Part shown: piece after piece, positions 13,450 to 25,570 of the stretch
Numbering within the stretch: the stretch's first letter is position 1
How the letters are laid out: each line of letters begins with the position of its first letter
From: the human T2T-CHM13v2.0 reference genome, Homo sapiens
Reading direction: 5' to 3' (one strand)
Length of the DNA: 64,000 bases
Assembly (NCBI RefSeq): GCF_009914755.1
Contig: NC_060939.1
Notes under the pieces: model-generated
Told to the model about the DNA's origin: nothing
Databases searched by the model: none
Seen by the model: only the letters and a program-made list of their open reading frames with translations
Translations under genes and position numbers: made by a program

Positions 13450-16400
13450 GTATGTATTATCTCTTTATTTCCTCAATAATGAATTGGATGCTTATTACTA
13501 GGTGAGTAACTGTCAGTCAAATTATCCCATTTCCTAGGTCTGTCTCTTTTTTCTTTGCAGTTTAATTATTAGTAAATAAGAAATTTTAAGTCTCAAAATT
13601 TTGGTCAGAGATAAACTCAGACACTGCCTCGATATCACGAAGTTCTCATTTATACCAACTCTTATCTTCACGCCACCGTGAATTCTCATCGGCATAAGGA
13701 GGAAAAGAGATGGCACCAAAGGGGAAAAAAATCTGGTGGTGTAATTTGGCATCTTCATTAAGCAAGCCATGAGCAGCTTGTGAAATGCTTCATTTATGGG
13801 GCCGCCAGCTGGGAGAGAGAGGCGTTCTCACAATGCCTTGAAAATGGAAACTTTGCATCCTTTAAATTTTTCCAAACTGACTTAGTTTGTTTACCTTGAA
13901 TTTCTGGGATGGGGCAAATGTGACCTTCATGCTATAGGGCCCACGTTTCCAGATTTGGTATGGAAAGAAGGAAGAAAGTCTGACCCTCTTGTTTTTAAGA
14001 TAGGCAAAAGGAAGATGAGATAGTCCATGGTTCACCACCCAAGGTCCTTCCTGGGCACTGGCTGGGCTGACGCTGGGCCTGGTTCCCAGCTATGCCTACC
14101 TTTCTCTTGCCATACCACACCGTTGCTTTATGAGCATTCTTTTGTTAAGGCCAAGATCAAGATAACTTTTTTCCTTGAATAATAGGACAGTCACCTTCCC
14201 CAGTGGACTTTAAGTGGCATCTGAATGTAGAAAGGAAAACAACCATGACCTGTATTTTTAGAGTAGAAATAAAATTCCTCATTCCAAGTATATAATCGTG
14301 GATAAGCACAAATACCTAGCTATAGAAATGTTTGTAAAAGTGGAAAATTGGCAGCAACCCAAAAGCCCAACAGCAGACAATTAGTTAAATCAGTTATGGT
14401 CTATAATCGCAGTAGGATTTATGTTCCCCTTTAAAATTCTGGAAAGAAAAATATAGACTTAGAAAGGGCATGTGATGGGGGAAGGGGAAAAACAGGTCTG
14501 TAATGTAATAACTTTTGCAATATTTTTCCATTTTATCAGAAGAGTATCAGCTATTATCTTTGAGTAATAAGGTTATATTTTCTAAATTTGTTTTAAAGTT
14601 TTGAATGAAATGTCTGTTACTTTTATGAGATTAGTTTTTATATACCGATATATGAAAGAAAAATATTAACCTTTAGATCCATTAAGGTCCTCCCTGGGGA
14701 ATGGCAAATACATAGCATATGTCTCTCCTCACCTTCCTTCTCCGTCTATAGCAAAAACTTTCTATCAATCTGTGATCATTCCCTCTGTGCCTGGTAGAAG
14801 ACCTCAGAATGCTCTCAACCACTATCAATCCATGTTCCTTGGTATATACATGGGAACTCAAATGGCATTGTCCTAAGTCTAAGTCATGGAAAAGAGAAGT
14901 GCTCTAGGTGTGAAGATGCCCCAATTAAAACAAGTTCAGCGCTAATTCAAAGTAAAGCATTTGGGCCTTCCTGGGAAGCTGTAGTAGCATGCAGAAATAC
15001 CAAGGCAGAGTTATGATCGTGCTGATTTTTTCCTATCAGTGGGAGGGTGCAGTCTGCATATATTTTACCCCTGCTCTCACTGCAGTGTGGGGTGGATCGA
15101 TAGGTGGATGTGTAATATTAACTGGCACATTGACACCCTAATTTTTGCAAATGGTAAAGCCATTCCACATATGCATTTGTTCAAGAAGCTAATGTTTATT
15201 GAAAACCTATTGTGTTCTAAGCCATGAACCATCCCCAGGTAAGTGACCTCAGCTCTGCCATTACGAGTCCTCTGGGGCTGGCCAGGGAAGGTAAGAGCCC
15301 ACCCTCCTCATCTGTGGAGTTGCTATGGAGATCTCTGCACCTCTAGACAGATACTAAGGACTCAATGCAACTGGCAGAACATTTTTTTGATAGCACAAGA
15401 TGAAAAACAATTTGCAAGGTATTTCTGAAAAGTTAATGAAAATTGTAGGATAGTTGAAAGCAAAAGTGAACATTATGAGGCATATGATACTGTTAAAATC
15501 ATCATACACTGCTGTAAAGCAGTTTCAATATCTGTATGTCTGCCCCAGGAATAATCAACCAGGTATTACCTAGAATAGTGTTTTTCAACTTCTGCAACTG
15601 TAATCTAGAGCAAGAGATGACAAGTTTTGCATTATGGCCCAGTACGCACATGCCTATGCCTAGATACAGCTGAAACAAACAAAAAAAAAAAATCATGAAA
15701 AAATACTCACTGTAATAGGTATGACACATTCTGACATTTTCTATTCTAGTCTATTACATGCTTTTAAAAAAGTTGGTTGTGACCCACCCTATTGATTTTA
15801 TTGCCCCTTATGAGTCTCCAATTAGAGGCTGGAAAACCCTGCTCTAGAAGACTATGACACAGCTTCATCTTTCAGTTGAAAGCAGCTCATTGAAGAAGTC
15901 TTAGCATTTGGCCTAATTCCCTTTCTTGCAGGACCCAGTAAGATTAACCACCATTATTGTTAATGTGAAGGCCGGCAAAGACATCAGATCCTGTGACATC
16001 ATCAACTTTTTTGCTGGCCTAGCAAGGGCAATGGGGATACAATGGGGACATCACAGGTTAGTGTGACAAGATTCGAGTTGGCACAGGTGCAACAGGAATA
16101 TGTAGAAGGGCCTCCTAATCTTGCCTTGGGATGGGAGCAGTGGGTTTGGAAAGGATGTGATGTCTATGCTCAGCCCTGGGGAAGGAGTAAGAGTCATACA
16201 GATGAGCAGGGAGAAGGACTTACGGGGTAAAAGCCCGGGGATGAACAAAGGTCCCAGCATGTTTGGGGGCTGCAGAAGGCCCAGACTGGGGGGAAAGGGG
16301 GGACAGAAGAAGATGGAGCTGGAGAGGGTAGTGGATCAGGAACTTGGTCAGGAAGGGCTTCTGCCCTGTTGCTGCATTTGACCTTTATCTTGGGAGGGTG

Positions 16401-16793
16401 AGGCAGAAGAATCCCTTGAACCTGGGAAGCAAATGAAAGTTGTTGATGGGCTTTAACCAGAGAGTGACAAGATCCACTGTGTATTTTAGAAAGGGCTTGT
16501 CTGCCATGTGGAGAATAAGAACATGGCTGAAGAAGTTGCTGCTGTAATGAAGTGAATGACAGAGGCTCGTGCCGAGATGGTGCTCGCAGGATGGGGAGAG
16601 GGGTAGGGTTGAGAAATAAAAGGAGGAATCTGCATTATGCATTATTCTCCAAGTGGAAGCATAAGAACTGGAGTCTTAGAAAGGGGCACCCACAGTGCCC
16701 ACTCCTAAGAAAGTCTTGGGTAATGTGGTGAACAGGGGAATTATTTATGAGACAGGAAGAAAGGATGTAGAGCAAGTTGGGAGTGGTGTAGAC

Positions 16794-16955
16794 CAGCGCT
16801 CTCCAGTGGAACGTTCTGTGATGATGGAAATGTTCTCTGTCTGTACCACAGGTGCTGTTGCACACTTGAAATGTGGCTTCTGTAGCCTACTTTAATTTTA
16901 TTAGTTTTCACATAAGTAGGTGGATGTGGCCAGTGTCTGCCATACTGGACAATGA
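16794..16955 (+). mobile_element. MER3 (hAT-Charlie MITE), within L2 fragments
   Basis: cagcgctctccagtggaacgttctgtgatgatggaaatgttct...cacttgaaatgtggc...actggaca. Confidence 0.75.
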
Positions 16956-19917
16956 GGGGGCCATCTTTGATGCACCACCCTCATGGGTCAGAGTGAGGAA
17001 ATGGGATAGGGGAACAGGAAGACCCTCTTTCCAGACACTTGGGTGTAAGTGAAGAGGGCAGGAGCTAGAAATGAATGTGAGATCGGTCTCCCTTGTTGCT
17101 TTACCCACCAAGAGCAAGGAGTTGGTAGAAAGGGCCAGGGCAGGGCTGCAGAGGTGTACTGGTCAGTGGGGCTCTGGGAGTGGCCCCAGCACCCTGGAGT
17201 AGAAGCAGGAGTGTGGCAGGAGAGTGGAGCCAAAGAAGCTGAGGGTGATGATCAAAGTAGGGCTGAGATGGGAGAAAGGAGAGAGGACAAAGATACAGGA
17301 ACTGTAAAAACTAGTTGTAATAAATAATGGAAAAAGAACTGGAGGATGTGGCCAAAGCCTCATTGTCTGACTTCGAGATTATGGAAGTGGAGCAGTTCTG
17401 ACCAATGACAAAGCCCAGGGTGTTGCTGGCCAGAGAGGGACAGGGGTCAAGAGCGTGGATGTTGAGAGTGAGTTAATGAAAGGCTCACATGGACAAGTTT
17501 ATGTTGTTGAGTAGGGGAGGAAGACACTGAGCTGGAGAAGGGTCAGTGAATTCAGAGTAAACTGAACGATCTACTCATAGCAGAATTCCTGGTATAATTG
17601 AGTCCATCCTCCTTTATTCTTCTGCAGGTGTCTTGGCTACTCCTTTTCTCTCCAGGCTGTGGGCAAACTCTCTGCTCCTGAGTTGGTCTAGAATCTTGTT
17701 CCTGGGGCCACTGCTTGCCAGGGCGTTACACCAAATTAAATTATTGGAAACATACATGTGCTGAGACTCTTCCACATCCAAGGTGCTGTCTAGGGGCTGC
17801 TCAGGGTGCACAGATAAGTAGGTGCCAATATCCTGCCTCTGGCGGCTCCAGTAGGAGAACAAAGCAAGTGTGGGGAAGGTGTGGGGTTGGAAGAGTTACA
17901 GAGGGCCTTGATTTTCAAAGGGAGAAATTATACTTGGCTGAGTAGTTGCCAGTGTGGAGCAAATGGGGGTTTCAGATGGGAGAGTGAATGTACATTCAGA
18001 ATTCTGCTTTAGGTAGAGCAGCAGGTGAGCAGGGCATGAGGTTTAGCAGGATGCAGGATAACCCATCAAAAGCATTGAAGTGAGAAGCTGACCACCAGCA
18101 AAGCAGTGGGTTTGAACGGTAAAGACAGATGGGAGCCACATAAGAGACAGCATCTATTGAGATCCCCCCAACCCAACCGACCTAAGTGAAAGCAAAAGAG
18201 AAGCAATGAAAGCTCAAGATGAGGCTGAGGTTTGGAGCCCCTGGGACTGAGGCTATGGAGAAGCCTTTAATAGAATAAGAAACAATAGATCAAGTGTCTC
18301 AGGGTGTCATTAGGGATGAGCTTAGCTTCCACAATACCACTACAAACTCCCCACATACACTGACCCTGCCTCTTAATTTTCCAGCCTGCCCGCCTAGCCA
18401 AAAGCATAGGGAAGGCCCTCGGGGTGCATTTCTGTAGGCAGGGGTCATTCCTGAGCAGATTGTCCTTGGTCTGGGGTGATTTGTGAACTACTCTGGAAAA
18501 GTACATCCTAGACACTCCTGCTGTGGCTTGTCAGACATTTGTTGAGTTCCTGCTGTGAGCATCGTCTTGCATATGCCAAAGTTTATAGGCAAGTGGAAAA
18601 ATGAACGTGTTAAGTGCTGCTTTGGAAGAAGCAAGCACAGCATGCCCAGGGGCCCCAGGTGAGAGATGAGAGGGAGTGAGATACGGCGGTGGGATGCATG
18701 GAAGACCCCTTCCACTTGCCTACACTTTTAATTGTTCATTCGGCGAACATATGTTAGGCGCCAGCCATGTGCCCTGGCTCTGTCAGCAGTGGACCTCACC
18801 TCCTGATGTACCTGCACCACCCATGATCTGCCACCCTTACCTGTACTGAGATGACATCCAGTATTTACCATGGGCCCTCTAAAGTCAGTCACACCTGCTC
18901 TTGAGCCTAGCTCTGCCTTTCCTGACCATGTGGCAGATTATTTAAGCTCTCTGGGCCTTACCAACTTTAACAAGGGGTCCAGGAATGAAAGGAGAACATA
19001 GTAGCTCCTGCAGACTCTCCAGTTTAAGAAAAGTAAATGTCAGGTATCACTGGAAAACAGCCCAGATTCTTTCTTGGCATTGCTGAAGCAGAGAACTCAT
19101 TAAACCTTCCAGGAGAATACACTTTTCAGCATCTCCCTTTCTAGCTGGTGCTGGACATAACAGTAATTCCACCAGGTTGAATAGAGATTCCATGGTGAAT
19201 TCAAGTCTTGGCAGGTAAGCCAGAGAGAAACAGATATCTTTTTAAATGTAAGTGGCCGTAATTTTCAGCTTCCATTTTGTCCCGTAAAGGAATTTGAACT
19301 TATTTTTCTTACAAAAGCCTTTCAGTTCACCTTTTAAGTTTAGACCAAGGAATATAAATAGGCCCAGCCATTTCAACTAAGAGAGTAAATTAAATAGCCA
19401 ATATATAAGGCCCTGAGGTTTAATCTCTGTTAATAGATTTCAGGAAAACAGAGACAGTGTTCTTAAACTGTGCAGCAAGTTATGCATTGAAATATATATA
19501 GCTGCAATTTAAGCCAGAGTGTAATAGTAAGATTCAGTCCTTTTAATATTCCCTCTAATAGCGGGCAACAGCATTGAGCCTGCACATACCTTCCTCAGCA
19601 CAGGGTGGGTTCCCAGTGCCCCAGTGATGGAACCCTATTAACACCTGCTTCATCCACAAGTTCCTGCCCAGAGGACCTAGGGAGAAGACAAGATAAAAAA
19701 AAGAGAGAGAACTGCTCTTGCAGGCTTTGGGGAAGACAGCATTTCTTCAAAAGACACAGTTACTAAAGAAATACACCACCATCATCAAGCTCCCTTGTAA
19801 CTAAGGACTTAACAGAGTGAAGGTGCTCAAAACCAGAGAGGACACTAAAGTACACCTGGCCCCCCCCCTTGTCCTCCCTTCTGGACACACCTGATTATCC
19901 TCTAAAACTTATGATGA

Positions 19918-20298
<381 letters not shown>

Positions 20299-21639
20299 TG
20301 ATCGTGCCCATTGTATAAACAGTGAAACTGAGATTCACTCAAGTTGTGTGAATCACACAGTTCCCAAGTGGCGGAATTAGAATCCAAGATCAGCTGTCTC
20401 TGGTTCACAAATTTGCATTTCCTCCCAGTCACCAAAACTCCAGATGTGAACTCCCTGTCTGAGTTCACATCAAAGCCTACCACGATGACAACTCCGTGTC
20501 TCTTCCTGCTGACAAGCATAGTATCTGCTATTACTGCCTCAGGTGTCCAGCGAAATACTGAGTTTGTTTACAAAATAAGTCTCCCAGCCTTCTCTATGTA
20601 TTAGCAACCCCAGAGAAGGAAGGGCTGCCCGCTTTGCAAAGATCAAACCCCCTGTGTGTTTCACCCTCTGCACACTTCAAAACCAGGCTTCTTCAAGCCA
20701 GTTACGCCAGGAGCTTAGCAAAAGGGTAAATAAAATGTTCTCTGTATCCCTGGAAATCCCCAATAAGAGCTCTAAAGTCTTCTCAAATCAACAAAGTCTG
20801 AATTAGAAGGAAGGAGATTATTGGGTTTGGAATTTTGAAATATCAAACCTGGAACAAATAATCTCACTCTCAGTTTATTTGTATGTGAAATAAGGTGGGG
20901 CAGGGGGAGTGGTTATGGAGGGGACGCATAATGGATGTGGAGCACTCTATACAGTCCTGGGTAGGGGGTAGTTAATGATACTACTTAGCATGACAGTTGC
21001 CAGTCACACTGTCACAGTCTCCCATTTGTCTATGGGGAACCAGCTCCTTGCAGGGACTGCCTGAGTTTTTGTTTGGTCCAACTGAGTGACGAACATATAA
21101 GGATGTGGGGCTGGGCGTGAAAATGAGTCACCAAGGTGGAACTCCCTTCTGTGACTCATCAGGTGAGTTCCAGAATGGCAGAGGCCTCTAACAAAAAAGA
21201 TGCAGTCCGTTCGTCTCTGGTATTGTCCGCACACCTGCAGTTTAGGGCCTGATAGCTAGACCTCCCCTTTGGGAAAGAATTTTAAGTGAATAAAAAGGAA
21301 AAGATGAATTTGATGGAAAAGAAAGCCAATATTTTCACTATTCAGAAGTATAAAAGGAATCTCACAAAGGTTATACTTAAGGTACTCAACCTAGAGTTTA
21401 TTCTAAAATACCACCCCAAATCCCCTATCTAACATGAATAAGGTGGCAAAAGTTCTGGTTGCATGGCAAGATCAGACCCTTGGCGAAACACTCACACACA
21501 CACCTCATTTGTGTAGTGTTTACCTTAGCCCTTACCAGGCAGGGTGGTATTAACTCCATTTTAAAGATGAAGAAACAGACATTGAAAGATCAAGTGACTT
21601 TCTCCAGGACTTTTGGCACCTTAAAAGTTCTTTCATCTC

Positions 21640-21933
<294 letters not shown>

Positions 21934-22002
21934 TTATTTCATCTCTACCACAAATGCACTCTGAAATATTGAACAGAGCATAGCATGAAAAACTTTGGTA
22001 GG

Positions 22003-22129
22003 TTTTTTTTTTTTTTTTGGAGATAGGATCCCATTCTGTCTCCTAGCCTGGAATGCAGTGGCGTGATCATGGCTCACTGCAGCCTGGAACTCCTGGGGTC
22101 AAGTGATCCTCCCATCGGCCTCCTGAGTA
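22003..22129 (-). mobile_element. Old Alu monomer (AluJ right arm/FRAM)
   Basis: PolyT followed by ...tgcagtggcgtgatcatggctcactgcagcc...tcaagtgatcctccc. Confidence 0.88.
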
Positions 22130-24148
22130 CTTAGCTTTCAAATTGTTGTTTAGAGGTTTTGTCATCTGGTAGTGGAGCTTGACAATAGGCAAGATATAAT
22201 TGGCATATTTATCACATAGCAGTATGCCCTACTTAGAAGACAACCAAGTATTATAAGAATTCTCACTCAGGTACATGAATGAGTTGCACAGTGGTATTTT
22301 GGGGGGATATTTTGGTTTTAACAATTATTAACGAATTTGGTTCCTTTATGTTGCAAATTTCCTTTGATGTGCTTAAAATATGACCTGGTTTGCACCGACC
22401 TGGAATTTGTATGCAAGTATCCATGCATTATAGAGCAAGGGACACCTGTACCCTCAGTTCCTTCCAGCAGCAAAGCATTTACTAGAGGTGTCCTCTCTAA
22501 CCTTGGCTCCCCGTCACCAGGTGTTGGGTGGCTAGAACAAAGTGAAATGACCTCAAGAAAGGTCACAAGGAGGGAGGAGCATTTGGGAGCTAATCACAAT
22601 ATAATGATTATGCCCCGTGCAGAGATAGAAAGGTGAATGGATTTGCTTTGCCCTGCTGTGCCACAGAAACAGGCCACATTAGTTCCATTTATCTCTAGGT
22701 CCATCTGTAATACACACTGGCTCCAGATCTTCATTTTTTACATAAATAACGTGGTGTGTGGCTTAGTTTCTATTATGCGGTTGCCATGGCAGTTCCTCCA
22801 GTTGGCTCTTTCAACTGGAGTGAAATGAAAAAAGGCACTTGTTAGGGGGCAGGGAAAACACACAGGGTTGGTGGGGAAGGGCTGAGACACCTGGGCAGCC
22901 TTTGGGATCACAGGGAATGCTACGAATATGCGCTTCCATTCGGCAGGACCACAGCCCAACCTGGCAGCTGGAAAGAAGGAAACAGGTTGTGTGGGATTTT
23001 GAGCTTGGAGCTTATTTATTAAATCGAGCTGCTTGGGAAGTTTAATGAGATTTCAACCAGAAATCTTCTCCGGGGCTTCTCTTTGGGGTATCAAGCAGCG
23101 GAGGTGAAGAGTTCCAAGGAGAAGTACAGAGGCACCTGGGCCGAGAGCCTGGAGCTCTGCCAAGCTCATTAGCACTCATAGGGTAGCAAAGCCCCGCTCT
23201 CACCCGATTCCAGGCATGTCATTAAAACCGGGGGAAGGGCTGCTTCCTTCATTAAGCCTTCCCTCTCTCCCCAACTGCCTTTGGAGGCCCCACAGAATGG
23301 AGGTGCTGCTGTGCTTATAATGCACATGCTGTTATTCCAGCAATCATGGATGGACTTCAGGGGCCTATGAACCCCCTGAGATACAGGTTTGATTTTATGG
23401 GTAGGTGCATTTTGCTGGGCTATGGGTCTAGATCTCATCAAAATCTCAGAGGGACCTTCCTTAATACAAAATGAAATTCAGATGCTCTAGGACTAGCTCT
23501 GCAAGGAACACTCCAGACAGAGGTATAGAGGCCCTGGGATCTCAGAGTTGGCCACACCTAGTTCCAGAGATCACTTCCTCCTCCTGCAGTCTGTCACTGA
23601 AGATGGTTGGCACTTTATTCTGGCCTCAAGGGGACAGTTTTTTTGAACAGTTAATTTGCATTAGTGACTCATCTGTCACTTTCCCATAGTACAGATGACA
23701 CTCTCCCCCTTCACTCAGAATCACCTGGGAATGTGAAGGTGCTGAGGACTGTGCTGCACACCAAATGCTCTGATTTCAGTGGTCTGGGATGGGACACCCT
23801 GGATGATGATTGTCATGGGCAGCCAGGTCTGATAACTCGGATAACAGCAGGCAAAGAAACACAGAGAGGAACAGGGAACGGAAGTAAGGAAGGGGAACGG
23901 TTTTCATCTCATCTGCCATTTTTGGTGACTGGTTGTAGGTACCGGAAATGCTCTACCGTGAGGGTTTCAAAACTGGTTACCAACTCATTCTGAGCTGGGA
24001 ATATTAAATATCCAGGGGAAGCGAAGTTGTCAGTATATATGCAGATATTTTCCATTTAAACTATATGTGTATACACACAGATGTACTCAAGTCCAATTTG
24101 TGGTGCCTGCACTCAAGAGCACAACAGCCCTAAAAGCCTCAAACAGAA

Positions 24149-24412
24149 GAACACCACACACAGTATGCCGGCGCTTTGCAGTTTCCTCTGTAGAACACCA
24201 CACACAGTATGCCGGCGCTTTGCAGTTTCCTCTGTAGAACACCACACACAGTATGCCGGCGCTTTGCAGTTTCCTCTGTGGAACACCACACACAGTATGC
24301 CGGCGCTTTGCAGTTTCCTCTGTGGAACACCACACACAGTATGCCGGCGCTTTGCAGTTTCCTCTATGGAACACCACACACAGTATGCCGGCGCTGTGCA
24401 GTTTCCTCTATG
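24149..24412. repeat. Minisatellite/VNTR, 6 x 44 bp
   Basis: Unit GAACACCACACACAGTATGCCGGCGCTTTGCAGTTTCCTCTRTR starts at 24149, 24193, 24237, 24281, 24325 and 24369. No spacers. Confidence 0.98.
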
Positions 24413-24504
24413 AGACTACGCTGCTTTCACTGACACTAACTAAGAATGTTTCTCTTCAAGGAAGACCGTCTTGGCCTTCTCAGGCTCTCAGCAGAGGATG
24501 ATGA

Positions 24505-25070
<566 letters not shown>

Positions 25071-25190
25071 TTGAGCCACGGAGTCAGACATATTTGCCTA
25101 GCAGTGCTATAAGAAAAGCTAGGCAGAGACAGGAACAGGGGAGCACTGGCCACCAGATCCAGAACCTTAACATTCTTTTCCCGGTAACAG

Positions 25191-25570
25191 GCTTCATCCC
25201 TCCACCCCTCATCTTCGGGGCTGGCATCGACTCCACCTGCCTGTTCTGGAGCACGTTCTGTGGGGAGCAAGGCGCCTGCGTCCTCTACGACAATGTGGTC
25301 TACCGATACCTGTATGTCAGCATCGCCATCGCGCTCAAATCCTTCGCCTTCATCCTGTACACCACCACGTGGCAGTGCCTGAGGAAAAACTATAAACGCT
25401 ACATCAAAAACCACGAGGGCGGGCTGAGCACCAGTGAGTTCTTTGCCTCTACTCTGACCCTAGACAACCTGGGGAGGGACCCTGTGCCCGCAAACCAGAC
25501 ACATAGGACAAAGTTTATCTATAACCTGGAAGACCATGAGTGGTGTGAAAACATGGAGTCCGTTTTATAG
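25191..25570 (+). CDS. SLCO3A1: SLCO3A1 terminal coding exon of the long isoform (OATP3A1_v1): ECL6, TM12 and cytoplasmic tail
   Basis: taacag|GCTTC. Translates to (G)FIPPPLIFGAGIDSTCLFWSTFCGEQGACVLYDN...EWCENMESVL*, with the OATP-family G-x-x-I-D-x-x-C-x-x-W...G-x-C-x-x-Y-D pattern. TAG at 25568-25570. Confidence 0.98.
25434..25439 (+). other. SLCO3A1: Internal 5' splice donor used by the short isoform
   Basis: ACCA|GTGAGT at 25433/25434. Joining to 34215 gives in-frame GLST-S-TEYQD... Confidence 0.88.

Noticed and set aside
24149-24412. CRISPR-like array or repeat-protein ORFs
   Set aside because: Units are contiguous with no unique spacers, there are no cas genes and the DNA is human. 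The overlapping ORFs arise because the repeat unit is nearly stop-free.
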